Shown piece after piece: positions 9,135 through 17,887 of a stretch of 35,414 bases of DNA. Source of the stretch: Candidatus Zixiibacteriota bacterium. GTDB taxonomy: Bacteria > Zixibacteria > MSB-5A5 > SM1-73. The stretch covers positions 2,253,300 to 2,288,713 of the forward strand of contig CP070839.1 of the NCBI GenBank assembly GCA_020341875.1. The letters are read 5' to 3'. Under the pieces are notes generated by a model. The model ran no database searches. It saw only the letters and a list, made by a program, of their open reading frames with translations, and was not told the origin of the DNA. Position 1 is the first letter of the stretch, and each line of letters starts with the position of its first letter. A program made the translations under genes and the position numbers.

Positions 9135-9674
9135 TCAACAGGCCGGTGGGTCTCCTCCTCGGTACAGATAGTTGACCAGATAAACTATGTCGGCCACGTT
9201 CACCACGCAATCACTGGTGGCATCTCCGGCCTCCGGTGGGCAGGGCTCTGATCCTCCCCTGTAGAGATAGTTCACCAGATACACGATGTCAGCCACGTTG
9301 ATCAATCCGTCGCCGGTGGCATCGCCGCGCTTCACGTGAGAAGCGTGCACAAAACCGGCTCCTATCCCCCAGGTGGCGCTCTCCGAGAGACCGGCAGGTG
9401 AGGGTTGACCTCCGGAGTTGACCGGAATCCTGTAGTTATCCGACTCAGATTCCCCTCCAAAGCCGTCCAGGACGTCGGTCACCATCACGTATCCCTGCCG
9501 AGTGTCTGTGAATTGCGCCCTCTGCTGAACGCCGGTGGGCGATGGCTTCACTTGAGTTACCGCATTCTGCTTGACTCTCTTCGGTTGAACCTGCTTATTC
9601 GACTCAGCATGCACCGTCACTGCCAGTAGCACCGCCACCACCAGGAGTACCGTTCCGAATTTGATCTTATTCAT
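9135..9674 (-). CDS. Small secreted protein with C-terminal double dockerin (paralog 2)
   Basis: Start moved to ATG 9674 (AAGGAG SD; MNKIKFGTVLLVVAVLLAVTVHA signal). Same GY.MVTDVLDGFGGESESDNYRIPVNSGGQPS module and two dockerin repeats, ending YLYRGGDPPAC. Confidence 0.85.
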   Translation of the reverse strand: MNKIKFGTVLLVVAVLLAVTVHAESNKQVQPKRVKQNAVTQVKPSPTGVQQRAQFTDTRQGYVMVTDVLDGFGGESESDNYRIPVNSGGQPSPAGLSESATWGIGAGFVHASHVKRGDATGDGLINVADIVYLVNYLYRGGSEPCPPEAGDATSDCVVNVADIVYLVNYLYRGGDPPAC

Positions 9675-9768
9675 TTTTGTCTCTCCTTTTTTGAGGCGCT
9701 GTCTTTCATCCACGTGGTCAAGGACCCGGCGGATGGTTTGACCGCGCACTCAAATGTCACGTGATGGC

Positions 9769-12267
9769 TTATTCGCCTGCTTTTTCCAGCCGTTCCTTCT
9801 CCATCCTTGCGGCGGCTTCGGGATACAGGTATGCGTCGTTCTCTCCAGCAGCGGTGTAGTCAAGGCGCCTGTCCTCAAATCCCTTGCGCTTGGCTACCAC
9901 ACGGTAGGAAAACGGGACATTAGTCGTGCCGTTCTTCAACTCCACAACATCAAACCCGGTAGTCCCCTTGGAAACATACACGCCGTTACAGTCGCCCTCG
10001 AGCTGCACGAACACCTTCATGGGGTTTGCAGCGTTTATGGTTACGGTCTCCAGAAACAGAGCATCCAGCTCTATGTGTGTTTGGCCATTTACCAGCGTTC
10101 CTTCGCCGAAATCCTCAAACCAGTTTTCAGGCGATTCCTGGCAATAGAGAAGCGTCGGTCCCTGGGAGGTCTTTACCACACAGCTTTTGGTGCCGGACCC
10201 TCCCAACCCGCCTGAGTAATAGACGCCATAGTTGGTGGTTCCGCCGCTGGCATAACCCCTTACACCGTAGTTGGAGCCCGAGCCGGTAGCATTACCGGAT
10301 ACACCGTACTTGTTACCTCCTGCCCCACTGGTAGTAGCATAACCATAAACTCCGTAATAGGTCGAGGTTCCAGTTGCAATAACGCGGGCATAAACGCCCT
10401 GGTAGCCGCCTTCAAAATATCCACCAATCCCGTAGTAATCTTGGGGAGTGGACTTCCCATAAACTGCTCTGGCATCTTGGCTAGAAGTCCCGGTGTGTTC
10501 AGAACGCAGCACGTAGAAATCTGTTGACTCAACGTCAAGTTGTGCGTCCGGGCTTGTGTCCCCGATACCGACGTCTCCGTCGGTGGCAACGGTTACCGAT
10601 GCAACGCCTCCATCTTCGTTCAGGGAAAGGGCGCCGTTGTCAACCAGGGTTACCCTTGCGGTTCCTCCAGCATCCTTGATGTCGGCTCCTCTGACTCTTA
10701 TATCTCCGTTTACGTCCAGCTTATCCGCTGCGGTCACTCCTATGCCCGCGTTACCGTCAACAATTAAGTGGTCCGTGCCGGGATCAGAGGTTCCACCAAC
10801 ATGAAATCCTCCTAAGGCATAGCCATAATCAGAAATATAAACTCTGTTGAAAGTCGGGTTGTCAGTTGTCTGAACGTTCTGGTTCATGGCGTAGAGTTCA
10901 TTAGGCCCTTGGCCTGTGTTTACTGTGGCAAAAGTGACAGCGTCACTTGTCCGAACGTTCTGGTTCATGTCATAGAGTTCATTAGGCCCTTGGCCTGTGT
11001 TTACTGTGGCAAAAGTGACAGCGTCACTTGTCCGAACGTTCTGGTTCATGGCGAAAAGCTCATTATTCCCATAGCCTGTGTTAATGACGTTTGCGCTAAC
11101 GTCCCCAAAAGACACGTTGTCGGTTGTCCGAACGTGCTGGTTCATGGCGTAGTGCTCAAAATTCCCCTGTCCTGTGTTAACTGTGTTCGCATAAAAGTCG
11201 CCGCCCACATGAAGCTTATAACCAGGGGTGGTTATCCCGATGCCAACTTGGCCGCCGTCCTCAATCACCATCCTGGAACCGATCCCGGTTTCCGAGAAAT
11301 GCAGTGCAATACCTTGATAGTGTACCTGCCATTCGGAGCCTCCTGTGTCACGAAAGTCCAGAGCGTAACTCTGTGATGAGCCGCTTCCTTCGAGGGCGAT
11401 GTTTCCCAGAACTCCTAACTTCTGACTTGGGCCCGTTGTGCCGATGCCGATATCACTGCCGCTTTGATAGATTGTCGAATTGCCAACGGTGGTTGGGGCT
11501 GTGAATTTGGGGATGTAATTGGCTGTGCCGCTTCCTCCGATTCCACCGGCCGTGGAGGAAAAGGTCACGGTATTGGCTCCGTCATTTGGCGTTATGGTCA
11601 TATTGCTACCAGGAACGAAGTCGACATTTCCACCCGCGTTGCTCACACCGTCCACGCTCACCAAGGCACCCGTTTGCCCGGCGCTAACCGAGTGCGGATT
11701 GTCTGACCTGGCTGAGTGGGTCTCTCCAATGCTTATGTTGTCGGCTCCATCATTGGGGGTGATGGTGATGGCATTAGTCTGGATCAGGTCCACATTTCCG
11801 CCCGGATTAGAAACGCCGTCCACGCTCGCTATTCCCGCTGCGGGCACGTTTCTGGCGTAGTCTGCGGTATCCGCCTCCTGTGCGTGATGTGAACCGAACG
11901 CGTAGGCCGTCGTCACCATCGGCTTCAGGGGGCTCATCTCCGGATCGGTCTCCACCTGAACACCCAAGTATTTGGCGGTTCCATCAAAGATCGAAGCTGG
12001 CAATGGATTAACACTTCCCAAAAGAACATTGAATATGCCCTCTTTCACCTCCACTTGTGTTTGGGTCTCACTCCAGTCCAACACGGTGCCGAATGCGTCT
12101 GCGTAAATGGTGAAGGTCATCTGAACCGTGTCGTTAAGACAGCCACCTGAAGCGGTGGTCAGCTTACCCTGATAATTGATACTGTCGGGGACGTCAGCAG
12201 ATGAAACAGAGGCAAAGAAGAAGATCACCATCCCCACGGCCAGAAAAACGAGGCTCTTGCGCGCCAT
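9769..12267 (-). CDS. Secreted tail-fibre-like repeat protein, paralog B
   Basis: Signal MARKSLVFLAVGMVIFFFASVSSA and the shared N-terminal domain. GIGTT.P..KL motifs, internal 27-aa tandem repeats and YG(V/I).G Gly/Tyr-rich repeats. The C-terminal domain ESPE.WFEDFGEG...FSYR.VAKRKG.ED is shared with C. Confidence 0.88.
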   Translation of the reverse strand: MARKSLVFLAVGMVIFFFASVSSADVPDSINYQGKLTTASGGCLNDTVQMTFTIYADAFGTVLDWSETQTQVEVKEGIFNVLLGSVNPLPASIFDGTAKYLGVQVETDPEMSPLKPMVTTAYAFGSHHAQEADTADYARNVPAAGIASVDGVSNPGGNVDLIQTNAITITPNDGADNISIGETHSARSDNPHSVSAGQTGALVSVDGVSNAGGNVDFVPGSNMTITPNDGANTVTFSSTAGGIGGSGTANYIPKFTAPTTVGNSTIYQSGSDIGIGTTGPSQKLGVLGNIALEGSGSSQSYALDFRDTGGSEWQVHYQGIALHFSETGIGSRMVIEDGGQVGIGITTPGYKLHVGGDFYANTVNTGQGNFEHYAMNQHVRTTDNVSFGDVSANVINTGYGNNELFAMNQNVRTSDAVTFATVNTGQGPNELYDMNQNVRTSDAVTFATVNTGQGPNELYAMNQNVQTTDNPTFNRVYISDYGYALGGFHVGGTSDPGTDHLIVDGNAGIGVTAADKLDVNGDIRVRGADIKDAGGTARVTLVDNGALSLNEDGGVASVTVATDGDVGIGDTSPDAQLDVESTDFYVLRSEHTGTSSQDARAVYGKSTPQDYYGIGGYFEGGYQGVYARVIATGTSTYYGVYGYATTSGAGGNKYGVSGNATGSGSNYGVRGYASGGTTNYGVYYSGGLGGSGTKSCVVKTSQGPTLLYCQESPENWFEDFGEGTLVNGQTHIELDALFLETVTINAANPMKVFVQLEGDCNGVYVSKGTTGFDVVELKNGTTNVPFSYRVVAKRKGFEDRRLDYTAAGENDAYLYPEAAARMEKERLEKAGE
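10866..11195 (-). repeat. In-frame tandem repeat inside fibre B (81-nt unit, 4 copies, first two nearly identical)
   Basis: TTGTC(T/C)GAACGTTCTGGTTCATG... recurs at 10866, 10947 and 11028 (period 81 nt) and at 11124 (96-nt spacing). It encodes NTGQGPNELY(A/D)MNQNVRTSDAVTFATV units. Confidence 0.85.
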
Positions 12268-12646
12268 CGTGTACCTCCATACGTTAGAAAAACGTTAGCC
12301 CCTTTCTGTGAGCAAAACATGCCCCTTTTGAGAAGTCATTGGCGGTTGTTCTTTCTGCTTCACCTCCTTGTTAAAAATTCAAATCTAACAGTAGACGATA
12401 TGAATGAATTTCCGCCTATGTGCTTGGAGCGCGAAGCGACCCATCGCACGCACTGCCTGGTTCTCCCAGCAGCGCAGGCTGGCGCAAACACAATATCACA
12501 TGATAGTAGTTCTCCTTACAATGTCATCCCCAATCGTACCCCAGACAAGGCTTCCGGCAAGTAATGGCGGAGCCTTCCAAGCGTAATCTACCTCGCGAAG
12601 ACAAACAGCCTCTTTCAAATGCCGAACGGGCACAAATGCCGACTGT
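12268..12646 (-). promoter_or_regulatory. Conserved long 5' leader, copy 2 (upstream of fibre B)
   Basis: Same ordered blocks as copies 1 and 3. Positions 12546-12592 are identical to 15601-15647 over 47 nt. The three-way block lies at 12505-12533. Confidence 0.5.
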
Positions 12647-12652
12647 ATCAGG

Positions 12653-12680
12653 AATATACATTATCGACTGAAAAAGTCAA
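12653..12680 (-). promoter_or_regulatory. Sigma70-like promoter of cassette 2
   Basis: TTGACT (12680-12675), 16-nt spacer, TATATT (12658-12653) on the minus strand. Confidence 0.6.
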
Positions 12681-12802
12681 GATTTATCGCGAGCCGAAAG
12701 AACGAGACAGTTCACTCACCCCCCTGCATCTCCTGCCAATCCTCAAATCCAAATCCACTCTCCGAAGTCAGGCAGCCGCAAATCGTGAGTTTGCCTGACG
12801 AC

Positions 12803-12835
12803 AAAAAAGCACCCAAGCCTCGGAAGCCTGGGAGC
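12803..12835 (-). terminator. Terminator after dockerin paralog 3 (slightly degenerate copy)
   Basis: Same GCACCCAAGCC...hairpin sequence as at 4366 and 9078, with one extra mismatch, followed on the minus strand by a run of 6 U (12808-12803). Confidence 0.55.
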
Positions 12836-12859
12836 TTTTCTTCGTCTTCTCTCGATCTC

Positions 12860-13402
12860 TCAACAGGCCGGTGGGTCTCCTCCTCTGTAGAGATAATTGA
12901 CCAGGTAAACTACATCTCCCACGTTCACTATCCCATCGCTGGTCACGTCGCCGGCCTCGGCCGGACAAGGTTCACCTCCGCTTCTGTACAGATAATTCAC
13001 CAGATAGACTACGTCGCCAATATTGATTATGCCGTCGGCGTTGACATCTCCCCGGGTAACCCGAGTTGCCAGGACGTAGCCCGCTCCGACGCCCCAGTTG
13101 GCGCTCTCCGAAAGACCAATGGCTGATGGCTGCCCTCCGGAGTTTACCGGAATCCGGTAATTATCCGATTCCGATTCTCCTCCGAAGCCATCAAGGACAT
13201 CCGTTACGAGCTGATACCCTTGCTTTGAACCAGTGAACGGGGTAGTCTGCGGAAGACCGGCGGCCATCGATTTGATTTCAGCGACCTCCTTTGGCTTGAC
13301 CATCTTAGACCGCACTTCCTTGTTTGACTGAGCATGCACCACAAGCACCGCAGAGAACACCAGAGCCACAAGGAATATGATTCCTAATTTGATCCTATTC
13401 AT
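12860..13402 (-). CDS. Small secreted protein with C-terminal double dockerin (paralog 3)
   Basis: Start moved to ATG 13402 (MNRIKLGIIFLVALVFSAVLVVHA signal). Same conserved module and two dockerin repeats, ending YLYRGGDPPAC. Confidence 0.85.
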   Translation of the reverse strand: MNRIKLGIIFLVALVFSAVLVVHAQSNKEVRSKMVKPKEVAEIKSMAAGLPQTTPFTGSKQGYQLVTDVLDGFGGESESDNYRIPVNSGGQPSAIGLSESANWGVGAGYVLATRVTRGDVNADGIINIGDVVYLVNYLYRSGGEPCPAEAGDVTSDGIVNVGDVVYLVNYLYRGGDPPAC

Positions 13403-13468
13403 TTTTCTCGATCCTTTGTTATGGCACTTTTTTTCCATCACGAGTAGCTCCTGACAGCACAGGAAGAG

Positions 13469-15322
13469 CTACCTCTGTTCTCTCTCCTGTTCCATCCTCT
13501 TGTTCTCTGCCTCCATCTTCTCGCGCTGCCTTTTCATCTCTTGTCTTTGTTCTTCCAGCTTGGCCCACTCCTCTTCCGTCTCTGCCCGATGTCTTGCCTG
13601 CTGCCAAGCTACTTCCTCGGGCGTAGGTTTCCCCATCTTGGCTAACCGGATATCCTCGTATCCTTTTCTTTTGGCAACGATACGATATGAGAAGGGGACG
13701 TTTGCACTTGAAGGACCTATCACCTCAAAGGTGGCAGTGGTCTTATTCGCCACGGCCAAGGTTAGTGGTTCATCCTGCGGAGTCAGAAAAACATGATATT
13801 TCACTGAGGTGTTTACGGTCTGAGCGAATAATGGATCAATCTGAATTACTGCGCTCCCATTTAGTAGTCGTCCTTCTCCGAAATCCTCAAACCAGACCTC
13901 TGGCGATTCCTGCGAGTAAAGCAGGCGGTATTCACCATTATCCACCTTCACTGCCGCGCTCTTTCCGCCTAGGACCACCAGACTGTCAGTTATCCTGACA
14001 TCGCCGCCAAAATACCCCGCCCATCCGTAGGCAGCATTTGCGGATGCATAGACACCGTATCTTGTACCCGTCCCGGTAGCACCGCCAAAGGAATCGAAAT
14101 ATCCACCATAAACAGATCCGGTAGAACGATTTGAGGCAAGAACGTGTATGCCGCGGGTAGGCCCAGCGCTGGAATCCGGTACCGAAATGTCAACTCCCGT
14201 TCGCGCTCCTGTCCCAACATATGATGGAGGTGTGTAAAACGATGCGGCGACCGACCGGCCAGATGAGCTGTTGCTCGCTTCAGCGTGGATACCATACGTG
14301 TGAGCAGAGGAGGTACCATAACCCTCAGCCCATACCCCAACAGGGCCTCCTGTCCCATCAGAAGAGGCTTGAAAGAATCCCCCTTTGGGGTACCCTGTGG
14401 AGGAATTGCTGGCATAGCCATAGACTCCGTAATGCCAGCCACTGGAGGAGCTGTAACTTCTAGCGTTTACGCCATAATGCGTTCCTGTGCCTGAAGCTGC
14501 GGCAGAAAAATACCCTGCGCAAACGTCCCCATCTGAACTATTTTCCGCTCTGCCATAAACACCGTAAGTATTTGCATTGGAAGAAGCGCTACCTGATGCT
14601 CGGATTCCGTAGTGAGTTCCTGTGCCTGAAGAGGGAGTCTCAAAATACCCCCCGTAAGCAACTCCAGTGGAAGTGTTCTCTCCATAACCCTTAATACCAT
14701 AGATTGCTGAACTGCTTCCGGTTGCTTTGCCCAAGAGAGCCGCGCCAGAGGCGGAAACAACACTGTCGGGTCCAGTGACATTCACGTATTTGTCGGTCAG
14801 AGTGCTCGTTCCCTCATACAAATCCGTCGCCACACCGGAGCGACCATAATCGTTAGCAGTCGAAAGAAAAGCCGACGCATGCTGTCCATCTAACAAGTCC
14901 GCATTCTCTGCGCTCCAGGCAAAATCGGCGGTATCTGCCTCATTCGACTTGTAAGCGTAAGCCGTGGTCACCATCGGCTTCAAAGGCGTCATCTCCGGAT
15001 CGGATTCCACCTGAACGCCCAAATACTTGGCAGCACCATCGAAGATCGAAGCCGGTAACGGATTAACACTTCCTAAAAGAACGTTGAATATCCCCTCTTT
15101 CACCTCCACTGCTGTTTGGGTCTCACTCCACTCCGACACGGTGCCGGATTCGTCGGTATAGATTGTAAAGGTCATCTGAACAGTGTCGTTGACACAACCA
15201 CCGCTGGCGGTGGTCAGCTTACCCTGATAATTGATACTGTCGGGGACGTCTGCAGATGAGACAGGGCAAAGAAGGAAAATTACCGCCCCCATCACCAGAA
15301 GCACAAAACTCTTGCGTAGCAT
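13469..15322 (-). CDS. Secreted tail-fibre-like repeat protein, paralog C
   Basis: Start moved to ATG 15322 (GAAAGGAG SD; MLRKSFVLLVMGAVIFLLCPVSSA signal). Shared N-terminal domain, with a 44-nt run at 15207-15250 identical to 12152-12195. LDGQHASAF fibre-type motif. Gly/Ser/Tyr-rich repeats (GTGTHYG..A...SS). Shared C-terminal domain plus a Glu/Arg/Lys-rich tail likely to form a coiled coil. Confidence 0.85.
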   Translation of the reverse strand: MLRKSFVLLVMGAVIFLLCPVSSADVPDSINYQGKLTTASGGCVNDTVQMTFTIYTDESGTVSEWSETQTAVEVKEGIFNVLLGSVNPLPASIFDGAAKYLGVQVESDPEMTPLKPMVTTAYAYKSNEADTADFAWSAENADLLDGQHASAFLSTANDYGRSGVATDLYEGTSTLTDKYVNVTGPDSVVSASGAALLGKATGSSSAIYGIKGYGENTSTGVAYGGYFETPSSGTGTHYGIRASGSASSNANTYGVYGRAENSSDGDVCAGYFSAAASGTGTHYGVNARSYSSSSGWHYGVYGYASNSSTGYPKGGFFQASSDGTGGPVGVWAEGYGTSSAHTYGIHAEASNSSSGRSVAASFYTPPSYVGTGARTGVDISVPDSSAGPTRGIHVLASNRSTGSVYGGYFDSFGGATGTGTRYGVYASANAAYGWAGYFGGDVRITDSLVVLGGKSAAVKVDNGEYRLLYSQESPEVWFEDFGEGRLLNGSAVIQIDPLFAQTVNTSVKYHVFLTPQDEPLTLAVANKTTATFEVIGPSSANVPFSYRIVAKRKGYEDIRLAKMGKPTPEEVAWQQARHRAETEEEWAKLEEQRQEMKRQREKMEAENKRMEQEREQR

Positions 15323-15702
15323 CACGCAACTCCTTTCGTTGGAAAAAACGTTAGCCCCATCTGTGAGCAAGACAGGCCCCCTCTTGAGAAGTCATCAGCA
15401 ATTGTTTTGTGTTTTCCACCTCCTTAGCCAAGGTTTGAATCTCAGAGTTAACGACATAAGTGAATATCCGCCCATGTGCGTCAAACGTGGAGACACGAGT
15501 CCGCTTTCCCGCATCGTTCCGGCAACGAAACAGGTGAACGCAAACGCGAAATCACGTGTCAGTAGTTCTGCCTACAATGTCATCCCCAACTTTGCCCCAG
15601 GCAAGGCTTCCGGCAAGTAATGGCGGAGCCTTCCAAGCGTAATCTACCGTGCGAAGACAAACAGCCTCTTTCAAATGTCAAACGGCCACAAATGCCTATT
15701 GT
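15323..15702 (-). promoter_or_regulatory. Conserved long 5' leader, copy 3 (upstream of fibre C)
   Basis: Same ordered blocks as copies 1 and 2. The three-way block lies at 15561-15589. Confidence 0.5.
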
Positions 15703-15708
15703 GTCAGG

Positions 15709-15736
15709 AATATACATTATCGAGTGAGAAAGTCAA
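15709..15736 (-). promoter_or_regulatory. Sigma70-like promoter of cassette 3
   Basis: TTGACT (15736-15731), 16-nt spacer, TATATT (15714-15709) on the minus strand. An 8-bp hairpin AAGAACGG/CCGTTCTT (15752-15771) lies just upstream. Confidence 0.6.
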
Positions 15737-15864
15737 GGTCTATCTTTGATCAAGAACGGATACCCGTTCTTCTGCAGAACATTTTAGCGGGAGCCTGAAG
15801 GCAGTTGGGTGTACCGAACAACGGCCAATCAACAAACCTGCCACAAGGGAACCATCTTGCCATT

Positions 15865-15930
15865 TTCAATGATCAAGGGAGAAAAGTCGGATTTCTCCAG
15901 CCCGACTTCAGGTTCACGCGGACAAGATAG
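15865..15930 (+). pseudogene. Remnant copy of the last 21 codons plus stop of the asparaginase-like gene
   Basis: Hand alignment of 15865-15930 against 4234-4299 gives 58 of 66 identical positions with no gaps. FNDQGRKVGFLQPDFRFTRTR* aligns with FNHQGKKVGFLRPDFRLKRVR*, and the stop codon is at the same position. No upstream coding continuation. Confidence 0.7.
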
Positions 15931-16009
15931 TTCTCTGCTCGACTTGTAGTCTCGAGTCGCTATTCTCTCGCCTCAAGAAGTCGAACACCAACGTCAGTTT
16001 CGCTTGGAC

Positions 16010-16136
16010 GAATCTGCGACTTCGGCTTGACCGAAAGCTCTCTCTCGCTTGATTGCACAAGGGGGAGAGAAGGACAGTACTTCATCACAGTCCCCCCAGG
16101 GGCGAGCACTCTATTTTGCGACTTTTCAAGAATAGG
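16010..16136 (+). repeat. Left copy of an imperfect direct repeat flanking the rSAM locus
   Basis: GAATCTGCGACTTCGGCTTGACCGAAAGCT... followed about 100 nt later by GGCGAGCACTC. Matches 19336-19460 at both ends with nearly equal internal spacing. Confidence 0.55.
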
Positions 16137-16323
16137 TAATCACCTGAGTTGAGAGGGATCGATTTTCCTCCCGAATCCCCGTCTTCCTTCCTGGTTCGGA
16201 CCTTAAAGCAAAAGAGCAGGGCCAATTTAAGCAGGGGCACAATAGCGAACCTAAAGACAAAATAGCGTCGGGTAATATACGTATGCGGGGGGATATATCA
16301 GTTGCGGGCCGGATAAAATATGC

Positions 16324-16352
16324 TTGACAAACGTGCTGTGATTCAATAGAGT
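16324..16352 (+). promoter_or_regulatory. Sigma70-like promoter of the rSAM/peptide operon
   Basis: TTGACA (16324-16329), 17-nt spacer, TAGAGT (16347-16352), about 100 nt upstream of ATG 16456. Confidence 0.55.
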
Positions 16353-16455
16353 GAGAATCGAAGATAATCTGTACAGCACTTTCGCAAGTAGGATTTCCGA
16401 TTTCGCTTGAAATGAACCTTCTCCCGGGACTCCAAGAGGGGAAGGCAGGGACATC

Positions 16456-17781
16456 ATGAAACCATCCCGCTTCAATCTCTTCATAGAGACTGACGATGGT
16501 AACAAATTGGCATTCAACACGATAAGCGCCGCCCTGGCTGAGGTTCTGCCGGACAAATACCCCGTCATCCAGAAGATATTGAGCGACCCCGACTCGCTGG
16601 ATTCGGACGAGGAGGAGGAGTTGTTCCACCAGCTTATCGCGGGGAAGTTCCTGGTCGATGACCAAACCGACGAAATATCCCAGCTAAAGGTCTTAAATCG
16701 CACCCAGAGGTTCGGTAAGAAGACATTGGTTCTGACCATCGCCCCCACCCTGAGCTGCAATTTCAAATGCGATTATTGTTTCGAAGGTCAGACGCGATCC
16801 ACCATGAATGAGGATACCGAGAAAGCTCTCCTTGACTTTGGCGAGAGACACCTGAGACGATCAGAGAAACTGATGATCACCTGGTTCGGAGGGGAGCCGA
16901 CCCTGTGTCTGCCCACCATCGAGAGGTTGCAGAAGAGTTTTCAGAGTCTGAGCTCGAGATATGGTGTAAGCGTTTATCCCAGCGGCATCGTCACCAACGG
17001 GTACCTTCTGGACAAGGGGATGTCCGAAAGACTGAGGGACGCGGGAATAAGAAACGCCCAGGTGACCCTGGATGGCCCGCAGGAGATTCACGACTCCCGA
17101 AGGAAGCTTCAGTCGGGCGAGGGGACGTTTGAGAGAATATTAGACAACCTGAAGGAATCTGCCCGAAACCTCTCCATACTTCTTCGGATCAACATAGACA
17201 GGGAGAATCTCGACTCCGGGTACGACCTGGTTGGGATTCTGGAGAAAGAGGGAATTCTTCCATTGGTGAACGTCAATTTTGCGCAGGTGACGGCCACGGA
17301 GGGCGCCTGTGCGGACGTCAAGGACAGATGTTTGTCCGGGCAGGAGTTTTCAGCAACCATCGTGGAATTGTACAAGAGACTTCTTCAAAGAGACTTTGAC
17401 AAAATCGCCTACCCGGTGCTCTCCTCGGGGGCATACTGCAGTGCGGATTCGGATGGTGCATTTGTGGTCTCCCCCACCGGGGACCTCTTCAAATGCTGGG
17501 AGGAGATCTCCTCCGATAACGAAAAGTCGGTGGGAAGCGTTTTCAGTCGGAAGTTGGAGCCCTTTCAAGAGAAGAACCTGAACAGGTTTCTTTCCTGGGA
17601 TCCGTTTGAGAAATCCGGGTGTTTGGGCTGCAATATCCTCCCCATATGTATGGGAGGATGTCCCAACCTGGGAATTAAATATGGAACAAGAGAGGTAGGA
17701 GTCTGCTCTTCGTGGAAATACAATTTGAAAGAGATGCTTCATCTGAAGTATCTCGCTGAACAGAACGAGGAAAGGAGGTGA
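16456..17781 (+). CDS. Radical SAM/SPASM peptide-maturase-like enzyme with N-terminal extension (possible RRE)
   Basis: CNFKCDYC (C101/C105/C108) lies after an N-terminal region of about 95 aa. GGEPTL motif. C-terminal SPASM-type cluster motifs CSADSDG...KCWEE and CLGCNILPICMGGCP. Confidence 0.88.
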   Translation: MKPSRFNLFIETDDGNKLAFNTISAALAEVLPDKYPVIQKILSDPDSLDSDEEEELFHQLIAGKFLVDDQTDEISQLKVLNRTQRFGKKTLVLTIAPTLSCNFKCDYCFEGQTRSTMNEDTEKALLDFGERHLRRSEKLMITWFGGEPTLCLPTIERLQKSFQSLSSRYGVSVYPSGIVTNGYLLDKGMSERLRDAGIRNAQVTLDGPQEIHDSRRKLQSGEGTFERILDNLKESARNLSILLRINIDRENLDSGYDLVGILEKEGILPLVNVNFAQVTATEGACADVKDRCLSGQEFSATIVELYKRLLQRDFDKIAYPVLSSGAYCSADSDGAFVVSPTGDLFKCWEEISSDNEKSVGSVFSRKLEPFQEKNLNRFLSWDPFEKSGCLGCNILPICMGGCPNLGIKYGTREVGVCSSWKYNLKEMLHLKYLAEQNEERR

Positions 17782-17782
17782 T

Positions 17783-17887
17783 ATGATGAGATACATAGTC
17801 AAGCCCCAGGAGCCCGCTCCCAAGTCCTGCCCCTGGTATTGCACCAGGTTCTTCCCGATCCTTCCCCCGTACGTTGATGAGTTCTAA
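17783..17887 (+). CDS. Candidate RiPP precursor peptide 1 (34 aa, below the ORF-track cutoff)
   Basis: MMRYIVKPQEPAPKSCPWYCTRFFPILPPYVDEF. Tandem ATG ATG lies 4 and 7 nt after a GGAGG located in the 3' end of the rSAM gene, and the ORF starts 1 nt after that gene's stop. Paralogous to 18028-18156. Confidence 0.6.
   Translation: MMRYIVKPQEPAPKSCPWYCTRFFPILPPYVDEF

Noticed and set aside
12591-12697. Possible invertible (phase-variable) promoter: CTCGCGA / TCGCGAG inverted repeats flank the cassette 2 promoter.
   Set aside because: The repeats are only 7 bp and are present in cassette 2 only (cassettes 1 and 3 lack them). No recombinase gene is nearby.
15351-15395. A 14-codon uORF in the leaders (MTSQEGACLAHRWG at 15395-15351, MTSQKGHVLLTERG at 12339-12295, minus strand) lies downstream of the AAGGAGGTG box.
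   Set aside because: Copy 1 has AACGACTTCCTAA at the same place, with no ATG and an early stop. The ATG lies about 21 nt from the SD-like box, which is too far. The peptide sequence is not conserved beyond the nucleotide block.
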